Below, in pieces: positions 9,602 through 19,517 of a stretch of DNA of 64,000 nucleotides. The first letter of the stretch is position 1, and every line of letters begins with the position of its first letter. The notes below the pieces were generated by a model. It was not told the DNA's origin. It saw nothing but the letters and a program-made list of their open reading frames with translations, and made no database searches. Source of the DNA: Formosa sp. GTDB taxonomy: Bacteria; Bacteroidota; Bacteroidia; Flavobacteriales; Flavobacteriaceae. The stretch is taken from NCBI GenBank assembly GCA_018673215.1, contig JABHDE010000077.1, forward strand, positions 3,827-67,826, in the 5' to 3' direction. The translations under genes were made by a program, and so were the position numbers.

Positions 9602-10792
9602 ATGCCGAAAATTTCTCGAAAAGGGGTTCTAATGCCACTATCTCCAATTAGAAAATTGGTGCCTTACGCTGAACAAGCCAAAAAAGAGGGCGTAAATGTT
9701 TACCATTTAAATATTGGTCAACCAGATATTAAAACTCCGGAGGTGGCATTAAATGCTGTTAAAAACAACACTTTAGACACTTTGGCCTACAGTCGTTCGG
9801 AAGGATCTGAAACATACCGAACTAAATTAGCAGCATATTATAAAAAAAATAACATTCATATCTGTCATGATAATATTATCATTACTACTGGAGGAAGCGA
9901 AGCTTTGTTTTTTACCTTTGGAAGCATTATGGATCCTGAAGATGAAGTGATTATCCCAGAACCTTTTTATGCAAACTACAATGGGTTTTCTACGGCACAA
10001 GGAGTCAAAGTAGTTCCAGTTGTTTCTAATATTGAATCCAATTTTGCATTACCTCCTATTGCCGATTTTGAAGCCTTAATTACACCAAAAACAAAAGCAA
10101 TTCTTATATGCAACCCAGGAAATCCTACTGGGTATTTATATAGTAAAGATGAAATTAAACAGCTCGCAGCACTAGTCAAAAAATACGACTTATTTTTAAT
10201 TTCTGATGAAGTATATCGTGAATTTACTTATGATGGACATGAACATTACTCGATTATGCAAGAGGAAGACTTGAAGTCGAATGCCATTATGATTGATTCG
10301 GTATCGAAACGTTATAGCATGTGTGGCGCTCGAATTGGATGTATTGTAACTAAAAATAAAATGGTTCTTGATACGGCTTTAAAATTTGCACAAGCCCGGT
10401 TGTCTCCACCCACCTATGCCCTTCTAGCAAGTGAAGCTGCCTTGGATACCCCAGATCGTTATTTTCGTGAAGTTATTTCTGAATATGTAGAACGAAGAAA
10501 TATTTTGGTAGAGGAACTTGAAAAAATTGAAGGGGTCAAAGTTGCCAAACCTAAGGGTGCTTTTTACTGCATTGTGGAGCTACCTGTAAAAGATTCGGAT
10601 GTATTTGCCCAATGGCTACTAGAAGACTTTAGACTTGATAATGAAACCATCATGGTGGCACCAGCTGCAGGGTTTTATTCTACCGAGGGATTCGGAAAAA
10701 ATCAAGTGAGAATTGCGTATGTCCTAAACAAAAAAGATCTTAAAACTTCGGTTGCTATTTTAAAAGCAGCTCTCACTCAGTATACCGCTTGA
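9602..10792 (+). CDS. Class I/II PLP-dependent aminotransferase (aspartate aminotransferase-like)
   Basis: NIGQPD, NPGNPTG, SDEVY, DSVSKRYSMCGARIG (PLP Lys). Confidence 0.92.
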   Translation: MPKISRKGVLMPLSPIRKLVPYAEQAKKEGVNVYHLNIGQPDIKTPEVALNAVKNNTLDTLAYSRSEGSETYRTKLAAYYKKNNIHICHDNIIITTGGSEALFFTFGSIMDPEDEVIIPEPFYANYNGFSTAQGVKVVPVVSNIESNFALPPIADFEALITPKTKAILICNPGNPTGYLYSKDEIKQLAALVKKYDLFLISDEVYREFTYDGHEHYSIMQEEDLKSNAIMIDSVSKRYSMCGARIGCIVTKNKMVLDTALKFAQARLSPPTYALLASEAALDTPDRYFREVISEYVERRNILVEELEKIEGVKVAKPKGAFYCIVELPVKDSDVFAQWLLEDFRLDNETIMVAPAAGFYSTEGFGKNQVRIAYVLNKKDLKTSVAILKAALTQYTA

Positions 10793-11802
10793 TGATCATA
10801 AAAAACAACATAGCTCTTAAACCATTCAATACGTTTGGAATAGACGTAAACGCATCAAAATTTGCGTCTATCAATTCCATACAAGATCTCAAAGATGTGT
10901 TAGACACAAACCCTTCAGATTTACTAATTCTTGGAGGAGGTAGCAATCTACTTCTAACAAAAGACATAGACGCCTTAGTTTTACAAATAAACCTCAAAGG
11001 AATTTCTGTAATTTCATCAAAGGGAAACAACGTTCAAATTGAGGTTTCGTCTGGCGAAAACTGGCATGAATTGGTTTGTTGGTGTCTCAAAGAAAACTTT
11101 GGAGGACTCGAGAATTTATCATTAATTCCTGGAAATGTAGGTACGGCACCAATCCAAAACATTGGAGCTTATGGAGTGGAATTAAAAGATTCTTTTGTAA
11201 GTTGTAAAGCCCTAAATATTCAAACTAAAGAACTGAGAACATTCACAAAAGAAGAATGTAATTTTGGGTATCGAAATTCTGTTTTTAAAGAAGAATTAAA
11301 AGGACAATACATTATTACATCGGTAGTGTTTGATCTAAGCAGTCAAGACCACTGTCTCAAAACGAATTATGGTGCCATTGAAGCTGAACTTCAAAATTAT
11401 GGAATTTCAAACCCCACAATTCAAGATATTTCAAAAGCGGTTATTTCCATTAGAAATTCAAAATTACCAGACCCAAAAGTTATTGGAAACAGTGGTAGTT
11501 TTTTTAAAAATCCTGTGATTTCTTCTTCCGATTTTCATATCTTAAAGTCTCAATTCCCACTAATTCCGCATTATAAGATCTCAGAAGATTCTATTAAAAT
11601 TCCTGCGGCATGGTTAATTGACAAAGCAGGTTTTAAAGGAAAAACATTTGGAAATTATGGTGTACATGCAAAACAAGCTTTGGTTTTGGTGAACTATGGA
11701 GGTGCTTCTGGAAAAGATATTTTAAAACTGTCCATACAAATTCAAAAAGCTGTACGATTTATTTTTAATATTGAATTAGAAACAGAAGTTAATATCCTCT
11801 AA
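10792..11802 (+). CDS. murB: UDP-N-acetylmuramate dehydrogenase
   Basis: NTFG, LGGGSN, GLENLSLIPG, QNIGAYG, GSFFKNP, LETEV; ATG overlaps upstream TGA. Confidence 0.96.
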   Translation: MIIKNNIALKPFNTFGIDVNASKFASINSIQDLKDVLDTNPSDLLILGGGSNLLLTKDIDALVLQINLKGISVISSKGNNVQIEVSSGENWHELVCWCLKENFGGLENLSLIPGNVGTAPIQNIGAYGVELKDSFVSCKALNIQTKELRTFTKEECNFGYRNSVFKEELKGQYIITSVVFDLSSQDHCLKTNYGAIEAELQNYGISNPTIQDISKAVISIRNSKLPDPKVIGNSGSFFKNPVISSSDFHILKSQFPLIPHYKISEDSIKIPAAWLIDKAGFKGKTFGNYGVHAKQALVLVNYGGASGKDILKLSIQIQKAVRFIFNIELETEVNIL

Positions 11803-11808
11803 AAGGTT

Positions 11809-12486
11809 TTAAGCTTTTTTACTTAACCTGCAAACAAACCCTGCAACAAGTGCTCCTGCTAAGGGAGCCAACCAAAACAACCACAGCTGCCCCACATAAT
11901 CACCACCTTCGGCAAAAAACACTTGCCCCGTAGAACGTGCTGGATTTACAGAAGTATTTGAGATTGGAATAGTAATCAAGTGAATCAATGTCAGCGCCAA
12001 CCCTATAGCAATGGGCGAAAGTTTTTTAGAGGCCTTGTGCGTTGTACTCCCTAAAATAATAATCACAAAAAAAGCAGTTGTTACAAATTCTGTAATTAAC
12101 ACAGATTCCAGTGAGTAACCGCCAGGAGAAAGATCTCCGTATCCATTGGCAGCAAAACTGCCAACAGAAAAATCAGATTTTCCTGAAAGAATCAAAAACA
12201 AGGTCGCGGCAGCTACAATAGCTCCCAGAACTTGAACAACAACATAGCCTAATAACAATTTGGTGTCAAACTTTCCACAGGACCAAAAACCCAGTGTAAC
12301 TGCTGGATTGAAATGGGCTCCAGAAATTGGACCTACAGCAAAAGCCATTGTCAATACTGTTAAACCAAACGCTACAGCTACACCAAAAGACCCAATACCT
12401 TGACCACTGGCAGCAAAAATGGCACTGCCACAACCTCCAAAAACTAGCCAAAAAGTTCCAAAAAACTCTGAAAATAATTTTTTCAT
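11809..12486 (-). CDS. aqpZ: Aquaporin Z
   Basis: [15 protein letters not shown]; two NPA motifs (HFNPAV, SVNPARS); start set at ATG 12486. Confidence 0.93.
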   Translation of the reverse strand: MKKLFSEFFGTFWLVFGGCGSAIFAASGQGIGSFGVAVAFGLTVLTMAFAVGPISGAHFNPAVTLGFWSCGKFDTKLLLGYVVVQVLGAIVAAATLFLILSGKSDFSVGSFAANGYGDLSPGGYSLESVLITEFVTTAFFVIIILGSTTHKASKKLSPIAIGLALTLIHLITIPISNTSVNPARSTGQVFFAEGGDYVGQLWLFWLAPLAGALVAGFVCRLSKKA

Positions 12487-12567
12487 AATAATTAAAAGTT
12501 TGATTTTTATTATTGTGACCCACAAATTAAAAAAAGTCACATACCAAAATCAGATTAATGAAAAGTG

Positions 12568-12575
12568 TATCTTTG
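12568..12575 (+). promoter_or_regulatory. -7 promoter element TATCTTTG
   Basis: Exact match 14 nt before ATG 12590. Confidence 0.55.
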
Positions 12576-12589
12576 TGAAAAAATTTAAG

Positions 12590-12793
12590 ATGACTCTATT
12601 TTTAATTACATTAGCACTCTTAGGAATTGCAGTTGGAGGAATTTCAATAAAATTATGGGCTAAAAAAGATGGTAAATTTGAAGGAACCTGCGCCAGTCAA
12701 AACCCAATGATTAACACAGAAGGAGAAAACTGTGGCTTTTGTGGTAAGACACCTAACGAATTCGAAAACTGCTCTGAACCTCAACATTCTTAA
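12590..12793 (+). CDS. Small membrane protein with Cys-rich tail (NqrM-like architecture)
   Basis: 67 aa: one TM helix then GTCAS..CGFCG..C. Confidence 0.7.
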   Translation: MTLFLITLALLGIAVGGISIKLWAKKDGKFEGTCASQNPMINTEGENCGFCGKTPNEFENCSEPQHS

Positions 12794-12834
12794 ACCTTAT
12801 TATTTCAAAACGCTGATCCACCAACACCATTCCA

Positions 12835-13386
12835 TTGGAAATAAACGAAGCCATTCAGAAAGCAAAAAACAACGATCAAATTGCGTTCAATTTGTTATTG
12901 CATACTTTTTGGAATGATGTGTATGGGTTTTTAATGAACCGTACGCGAAATGAAAATGATGCAGAAGACATAACTATCGAAACGTTCTCGAAAGCTTTTG
13001 AAAAAATCGAAACTTTTGATGAAAAATTTAAATTCAAAACATGGCTGATTACCATTGCAAAAAACACCCATTCTGACAGCTTAAGGAAACAAAAAATATC
13101 GTTTAGTAATCAGACATCTGAAGAAGATGAAGAACGTGTCTATTGGATTCAGGACGAAGCACCATCACCTGAAGATAAGCTTATCACAGAACAAAATTTG
13201 GCAGAGTTATTGAAAGATATAAAAAAATTAAAACCTCACTACCAACAAGTAATTAATTTACGGTATTTTTTAGAGTTGTCATACCTTGAGATTTCCAAAG
13301 AAATTAATGAGCCTGTCAATAATGTAAAAATCAAACTCCTTAGAGCAAAAAAACTCTTAGCTGAAATTATTTTGACAAAAAAATGA
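12835..13386 (+). CDS. ECF-type RNA polymerase sigma-70 factor (TTG start)
   Basis: Region 2 DAEDITIETF..FKTWL..IAKN; region 4 LSYLEIS..VKIKLLRAKK. Confidence 0.92.
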   Translation: MEINEAIQKAKNNDQIAFNLLLHTFWNDVYGFLMNRTRNENDAEDITIETFSKAFEKIETFDEKFKFKTWLITIAKNTHSDSLRKQKISFSNQTSEEDEERVYWIQDEAPSPEDKLITEQNLAELLKDIKKLKPHYQQVINLRYFLELSYLEISKEINEPVNNVKIKLLRAKKLLAEIILTKK

Positions 13387-14600
13387 AACGCTTTATACAA
13401 AAACTTGGCCCTGGGCTTCTTTTTGCAGGCGCTGCTATTGGCGTTTCTCACCTCGTGCAATCCACTCGTGCAGGAGCCGATTTTGGATTTGGACTCCTAT
13501 GGGCTCTATTCCTCATTCACTTAGTAAAATATCCGTTTTTCCAATACGGTCCACGTTATGCTAGTGCTACAGGGCAAAGCTTATTAGAAGGCTATCGTAA
13601 ATTAGGAAAAGGCGTTTTGATAGCGTATGGACTGCTGACCTCCTTAACAATGTTCACAATCCAAGCCGCTGTGACGATTGTGACCGCTGGTATTGCCACT
13701 TCTTTATTTGGCGACTTTATCAATGTAAAGATTTGGACAGTAGTGATTTTAAGTCTGTGTTTTATCATCTTAAATGTTGGAAAATATCGGTTTTTAGATG
13801 TGATGATGAAAGTTATCATTGTTACTTTAACCCTCACTACTTTGATTGCCACAGGAATGGCCATTTACAATTCGAGTGAAGCAGTATCATTTACTCAACT
13901 CTTACCAGAAGGCAGTCTCGAAATCACGTTTTTAATCGCCTTTATGGGATGGATGCCAGCTCCTTTGGATATTTCGGTATGGCACTCGTTATGGACGACT
14001 GAAAAGCAAAAAACAACTCGCAAAAAACCCAGTCCAAAAATAGCTTTATTGGATTTTAATATTGGATATTTAGGGACCGTTTTATTAGGTGTTAGTTTTG
14101 TAGCACTAGGTGCACTTGTCATGCATCCAACTGGAAATAGCTTTAGTAATAGTGCTGGCACTTTTTCTGTTCAACTTATCGATATGTACACCCAAAGTCT
14201 CGGCAACTGGGCTTATGTCATTATTGGAATCGCTGCATTCACTACGATGTTCAGTACGACCTTGACAACGCTTGACGCCTCTCCACGTTCAATGCATAAA
14301 ACAACTGAATTAGTATTTGAAAAACCATTTAAATACGGATATTTACTTTGGAGTATTGTACTAATTATAGGGACTCTCAGTATTTATTTTTTCTTTCTTT
14401 CAGAAATGGGAAGACTTATAAAATTAGCTACGGTACTATCATTTCTAACAGCTCCTTTTTACGCACTCTCCAATTATATTCTAATTTCAAGTAAACATAC
14501 TCCAAAAGAGTGGCGGCCTTCCAAACTACTCCATATTATAAGCTGTTTTGGCATTCTTTTTTTAGTAGGTTTTAGCATTTGGTATCTCACAATTTTATGA
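13383..14600 (+). CDS. NRAMP-related (APC fold) membrane transporter
   Basis: LGPGLLFAGAAIG..GA.FGF.LLW start, about 11 TM segments; lacks the DPGN motif. Confidence 0.8.
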   Translation: MKRFIQKLGPGLLFAGAAIGVSHLVQSTRAGADFGFGLLWALFLIHLVKYPFFQYGPRYASATGQSLLEGYRKLGKGVLIAYGLLTSLTMFTIQAAVTIVTAGIATSLFGDFINVKIWTVVILSLCFIILNVGKYRFLDVMMKVIIVTLTLTTLIATGMAIYNSSEAVSFTQLLPEGSLEITFLIAFMGWMPAPLDISVWHSLWTTEKQKTTRKKPSPKIALLDFNIGYLGTVLLGVSFVALGALVMHPTGNSFSNSAGTFSVQLIDMYTQSLGNWAYVIIGIAAFTTMFSTTLTTLDASPRSMHKTTELVFEKPFKYGYLLWSIVLIIGTLSIYFFFLSEMGRLIKLATVLSFLTAPFYALSNYILISSKHTPKEWRPSKLLHIISCFGILFLVGFSIWYLTIL

Positions 14601-14621
14601 TTTATTTATAAGAATACTTTG

Positions 14622-14629
14622 TATCTTTG
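14622..14629 (+). promoter_or_regulatory. -7 promoter element TATCTTTG for lipA-gap
   Basis: Exact TAnnTTTG match. Confidence 0.55.
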
Positions 14630-14646
14630 TGGCTCAAATTGAACGC

Positions 14647-15522
14647 ATGGCTGTAGAAACACTTTCAGACCCAATTAAAAGACAAGCTAAACCAAAATGG
14701 CTTCGTGTCAAATTGCCAACAGGCAAAAAATACACTGAACTCAGAGGGCTTGTTGACAAATATAACCTTAACACCATCTGTGCTTCTGGAAGCTGTCCGA
14801 ATATGGGTGAATGCTGGGGAGAGGGTACAGCAACCTTTATGATTTTAGGTAATATTTGTACTCGATCTTGTGGTTTTTGTGGTGTTAAAACCGGTCGCCC
14901 CGAAACTGTAGATTGGGATGAACCTGAAAAAGTAGCACGTTCCATTAAAATCATGAACATCAAACACGCGGTACTCACCAGCGTCGATAGAGATGACCTG
15001 AAAGATATGGGAAGCATCATGTGGGCTGAAACTGTGAAAGCGGTGAGACGAATGAACCCAAACATCACTATGGAAACTTTAATTCCAGATTTTCAAGGGA
15101 TTGAAAAACACATCGATCGCATTATAAAAGTCGCTCCCGAAGTGGTATCTCATAATATGGAAACGGTCAGACGTCTGACACGTGAAGTAAGAATTCAGGC
15201 CAAATACGATAAAAGTTTGGGCGTTTTAAAATACCTAAAAGACCAAGGACAGCGCCGTACCAAAACAGGCTTGATGCTAGGCTTAGGAGAAACTCGCGAA
15301 GAAGTTATTGAAACGCTTCACGATATAAAAAATGCGAACGTGGATGTAGTTACCATCGGTCAATACCTGCAACCGAGTAAAAAACATTTGCCTGTAAAAC
15401 AATTCATCACCCCAGATCAATTCAAAGAATACGAAACTATTGGATTGGATTTAGGCTTTCGCCATGTAGAAAGTAGTGCCTTGGTAAGATCTTCTTATAA
15501 AGCTCAAAAACACATCAACTAA
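14647..15522 (+). CDS. lipA: Lipoyl synthase
   Basis: CxxxxCxxxxxC and CTRSCGFC radical SAM motifs, C-terminal RSSY. Confidence 0.97.
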   Translation: MAVETLSDPIKRQAKPKWLRVKLPTGKKYTELRGLVDKYNLNTICASGSCPNMGECWGEGTATFMILGNICTRSCGFCGVKTGRPETVDWDEPEKVARSIKIMNIKHAVLTSVDRDDLKDMGSIMWAETVKAVRRMNPNITMETLIPDFQGIEKHIDRIIKVAPEVVSHNMETVRRLTREVRIQAKYDKSLGVLKYLKDQGQRRTKTGLMLGLGETREEVIETLHDIKNANVDVVTIGQYLQPSKKHLPVKQFITPDQFKEYETIGLDLGFRHVESSALVRSSYKAQKHIN

Positions 15523-15525
15523 GTT

Positions 15526-16518
15526 ATGACACGGGTCGCAATCAATGGCTTTGGACGCATTGGCCGTCGCGTGTTCAGACTTTTACTAGCACACCCAACA
15601 ATTGAAGTGGTTGCGATTAACGACCTAGCAGGTACCAAAACCTTGGCGCATCTGCTTAAATACGATAGCATTCACGGCACTTTAAAAAGAACTATTTCTA
15701 GTGATGATAAACATATAATCCTTGATGACCTTGCGATTCCTGTATTAAACAACACCCATCTGAAGGACCTCAACTGGACGCCCTATAATGTAGATATTGT
15801 TATTGAAGCAACAGGTAAATTTAAAACCAAAAAGGAGTTAATTCAACATATAAATAACGGGGCTTCTAAAGTTATTTTGAGCGTCCCTCCTACCGATGAC
15901 TCTGTAAAAACAGTCGTTTTAGGAGTCAATGACGATTTATTAAACTCAGAGGATACCATCATTTCAAATGCTTCATGTACGACCAATAATGCGGCACCGA
16001 TGCTTTCCATTATTAATGAACTTTGTGGAATTGATCAAGCGTATATTACAACGGTACACTCCTACACAACCGATCAGAGTTTACATGATCAACCCCATAA
16101 AGACTTGAGACGTGCCCGTGCTGCGGGACAGTCAATTGTTCCCACAACAACGGGAGCAGCGAAAGCACTGACAAAAGTGTTTCCAGAGTTGGCCAACTGT
16201 ATTGGAGGTTGTGGAATTCGAGTGCCAGTGATTAATGGCTCGTTGACAGACATTACCTTTAACGTAAAGCATGAAACTTCTGCTGAAGCGATAAATAAAG
16301 CGTTTAAAGACGCTGCGGATACTTCCTTTAAAGGAGTTTTAGAATATACCGAAGACCCGATTGTGTCCATTGATATTGTTGGAAACACACATTCTTGTGT
16401 TTTTGATGCGCAGATGACTTCTGTCATTGGAACAATGGTGAAAATTATTGGATGGTATGACAACGAAACTGGCTACTCCAGCCGTATTGTCGATTTGATT
16501 TATAGGTTGAAAAACTAA
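15526..16518 (+). CDS. gap: Type I glyceraldehyde-3-phosphate dehydrogenase
   Basis: INGFGRIGR, SNASCTTN, WYDNE. Confidence 0.95.
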   Translation: MTRVAINGFGRIGRRVFRLLLAHPTIEVVAINDLAGTKTLAHLLKYDSIHGTLKRTISSDDKHIILDDLAIPVLNNTHLKDLNWTPYNVDIVIEATGKFKTKKELIQHINNGASKVILSVPPTDDSVKTVVLGVNDDLLNSEDTIISNASCTTNNAAPMLSIINELCGIDQAYITTVHSYTTDQSLHDQPHKDLRRARAAGQSIVPTTTGAAKALTKVFPELANCIGGCGIRVPVINGSLTDITFNVKHETSAEAINKAFKDAADTSFKGVLEYTEDPIVSIDIVGNTHSCVFDAQMTSVIGTMVKIIGWYDNETGYSSRIVDLIYRLKN

Positions 16519-16694
16519 AGACACGTATCAATTTTACGTATTCTAAATGTTATTATTTTAGAAAACTGCTTTATCAATTTTAAAATTTAGTAGGGTATTT
16601 ACTTACTTATTTGTTTACTTATTATATGAATATTTGTCTTACAAACAATCAATTCATGAGATTTAAACTCATACAACCCTAAATACCTTTTATC

Positions 16695-18425
16695 ATGGAA
16701 CATAAAAAATTCTTCAAAATTTTACTCTCAACTTTAGTCATTCTTTGCTTTAATTTTGACGGATTTGCACAACAATACAAATCAGCTTACAACTTAGGGT
16801 CAATTCAGTCATTTATTGAAACCAAGATGGAATTAAAAAACCGAAAATCTCTCACTATAAATGTATCTGCAGAAGATTCCTTTACTATCGATATCGAATC
16901 CACCACATCCAATATTCACAAGTATTATTTGTTTGGGACTTTAAGAGGTTTTGAAAATGCTACCATTTATATTTTAGGTAATGAGGAGGCTCTCAACGGT
17001 AAAATCATAGATTATAAAAACAAAAAAGCTTTTGAAATTTATACAGAGGCACCAAACCAAATATTTGTCAAAGAGATTAATATTCATAGAGTCGTTTGTA
17101 TCATGGACAATTGGAACTCGAATAAAACTTCAAAAAAAAATAAAACAAGCCAAAAATTTAATCCTTCAAACAGAGCTATCCCTGAGTTAGAAAGTTTACC
17201 CGGAGCAGTGGTGGTATTGTATATTGATTTTGATGGAGAAAATGTGTCAGGAGGTTCATGGGGAACTATTAATGCCGAAGCTTCTAGTTATACAGAATCT
17301 GAAATTACAGATGTATGGCATATTATGGCAGAAGATTTTGCCCCATTTACAATAAATGTAACCACAAAAAGAAGTGTCTATGACAATGCGGGTACGAGCA
17401 GTCGTCAAATGGTTATTTTTAACGAAACCTTCCCTCCACAAGGGGGTGTTGCACAATTCCTGACATTCAACGGACCTAATAGTCAACCTTGCTGGGTTAA
17501 TACCACTGGGATTGTAAATTCAGTGTGGCTAGGGGCTAACGTAGGGTCTCATGAAGCTGGCCATACTTTTGGACTCGCTCATGATGGAAGTCCAACAGGT
17601 GAATACTGGCTGGGACATGCGGATTATAATTCCATCATGGGGCGTGCAAACAAGACTCTTGTCAAATGGAATAAAGGAGAGTACCAAAACGCAAATAATT
17701 CAGAAGATGACATTGAAACAATTAAGTCATCAAATAATGTTAGTTTTAGAACGGATGATCACGGAAATGACATTTCAAATAGTTCAGATTTAATGTCTGA
17801 ACCTATTACTGGCACTGTATTAGAAACCAAAAATCTTGGGATCATTGAACAAAGAACAGATAAGGATGTTTTTAAAATTACTGCAGCCGTAAGTGGCACC
17901 ATTGATTTAACTTTTCGTCCTGAAAACCGTTTATCACAATCCCCTAACTTAGATATTCAAGCTAGACTTTTGGATGCATCAGGCACTCAAATTGTGCTAT
18001 CAGACCCTTCAGGAATGTCTGCAAGTATCAATAAATCGGTTACGACAGGAACCTATTATATAGAAATTGATGGTGTAGGATTTGGAGACCCATTAACGAA
18101 TGGATATTCGGATTATGGATCCTTGGGACAATATTTTATTTCAGGGACCGTTCCAGTAAGTAGTTTAGGGAAAGAAAATTACAGCCTTGCTTCCACTCAA
18201 ATTTATCCTAATCCCTCAAAAGGAGCACTAACCATTGATTTTAATGAGGCTAAATTTCCAGAATTAAAAATCGAATTAATAAATGTACTAGGAAAACAAA
18301 TCTATACAAACATTTTAACTGCAGCTCATAAAAATTTGAACTTAGAAAACCTTCAAAAAGGTCTGTATTTTGCAATATTATTTGATGGTAAAACATCTTT
18401 GACAAAAAAAATAATCCTTAGATAG
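16695..18425 (+). CDS. Secreted metzincin-type zinc metalloprotease with T9SS type A C-terminal domain
   Basis: Signal peptide; HEAGHTFGLAH plus SIMG Met-turn; PPC-like beta domain; IYPNP..GLYF..KKII CTD. Confidence 0.85.
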   Translation: MEHKKFFKILLSTLVILCFNFDGFAQQYKSAYNLGSIQSFIETKMELKNRKSLTINVSAEDSFTIDIESTTSNIHKYYLFGTLRGFENATIYILGNEEALNGKIIDYKNKKAFEIYTEAPNQIFVKEINIHRVVCIMDNWNSNKTSKKNKTSQKFNPSNRAIPELESLPGAVVVLYIDFDGENVSGGSWGTINAEASSYTESEITDVWHIMAEDFAPFTINVTTKRSVYDNAGTSSRQMVIFNETFPPQGGVAQFLTFNGPNSQPCWVNTTGIVNSVWLGANVGSHEAGHTFGLAHDGSPTGEYWLGHADYNSIMGRANKTLVKWNKGEYQNANNSEDDIETIKSSNNVSFRTDDHGNDISNSSDLMSEPITGTVLETKNLGIIEQRTDKDVFKITAAVSGTIDLTFRPENRLSQSPNLDIQARLLDASGTQIVLSDPSGMSASINKSVTTGTYYIEIDGVGFGDPLTNGYSDYGSLGQYFISGTVPVSSLGKENYSLASTQIYPNPSKGALTIDFNEAKFPELKIELINVLGKQIYTNILTAAHKNLNLENLQKGLYFAILFDGKTSLTKKIILR

Positions 18426-18467
18426 CTAGGGATTATATATTATAAAAATCATATTTTTTTGAAATTG

Positions 18468-19472
18468 TTAGAATTGCTTGACATACTCCCCTACCAAACG
18501 ATCAAACTCAGAAACCCTATCAATTTTCAATTGAATTGGCAAATAGTATAATTGATCCTTTGCTTCGGAATTTAAACGTGAAAAATCTTTTTCGGTAGTG
18601 ACTACCAACGGTTTTGAATGAATCAGCTCCAATTCTGATGTAGAAAACTCGTGATGATCTTTATAATTTAAATGTACAAAATCGAGTCCCATTTCTTCAA
18701 GGTATGTCACTAATGGTTTCGGATTTGCAATGCCTGTTACCAGCGTAAAACGAGTGCCTTTTAAATCTGTCAAGGCACGACTTGAGGTGGATGAAATTAG
18801 TGTTTCACTGTACTGAATAGTGCTAAAAAAAACAGCTTGACTAGATTCTGTGTTTAACCGTTTTTTAATTTGCGTCTTCTCTAGCTCACTCAAATTTTCT
18901 GGGCACTTAGTCACTACTATTAACTGTGCGCGTTTGGCACCCGATTTAGGCTCTCTCAAATTACCAGTGGGCAAAACAAAATCGTCACAATACAATTGAT
19001 TGTAAGCGGTTAAAAGAATATTAAACCCTGCTGTGACTCTCCGATGTTGAAACGCATCATCCAACAACACAACTTCCAACAGCGGGTTGTGTTCTTTTAA
19101 ACATTTCAAACCATTTTGACGATCGGTATCCACCGCCACTGTGATATTTTTAAATTTATTGAAAATCTGTAAAGGCTCGTCTCCAATATCTTTGGACATT
19201 GCATTGGGAACAGCAATCAAAAAACCTTTGGACTTTCGACCATAGCCACGACTCAAAGTTGCCAATTTATATTTGGTGTCTAGTAGTCTGATTAAGTATT
19301 CAATCATGGGGGTTTTTCCTGTACCGCCTACGGAAAGATTCCCCACACAAATTAATGGAAAATCATAGGACTTGGATCCAATGATCGACCAGTCATAGAA
19401 TTTATTTCTTAAAAACACCACTAAATAATAGAGCGGAACAAAGGGAAATAATATTTTTCTAAAAAGCTTCAT
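18468..19472 (-). CDS. lpxK: Tetraacyldisaccharide 4'-kinase
   Basis: VGNLSVGGTGKTP, SRGYGR, GDEP, LDDAFQH, TTEKD; start set at ATG 19472. Confidence 0.96.
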   Translation of the reverse strand: MKLFRKILFPFVPLYYLVVFLRNKFYDWSIIGSKSYDFPLICVGNLSVGGTGKTPMIEYLIRLLDTKYKLATLSRGYGRKSKGFLIAVPNAMSKDIGDEPLQIFNKFKNITVAVDTDRQNGLKCLKEHNPLLEVVLLDDAFQHRRVTAGFNILLTAYNQLYCDDFVLPTGNLREPKSGAKRAQLIVVTKCPENLSELEKTQIKKRLNTESSQAVFFSTIQYSETLISSTSSRALTDLKGTRFTLVTGIANPKPLVTYLEEMGLDFVHLNYKDHHEFSTSELELIHSKPLVVTTEKDFSRLNSEAKDQLYYLPIQLKIDRVSEFDRLVGEYVKQF

Positions 19473-19477
19473 TGCAA

Positions 19478-19500
19478 CGAAAGTAATTATTTTATCTTTG
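19478..19500. promoter_or_regulatory. Back-to-back divergent -7 elements (TACTTTCG minus; TATCTTTG plus)
   Basis: Both lie in the 45-nt gap between lpxK and the Nif3-like gene. Confidence 0.5.
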
Positions 19501-19517
19501 AACTTAAACAAAAACTT

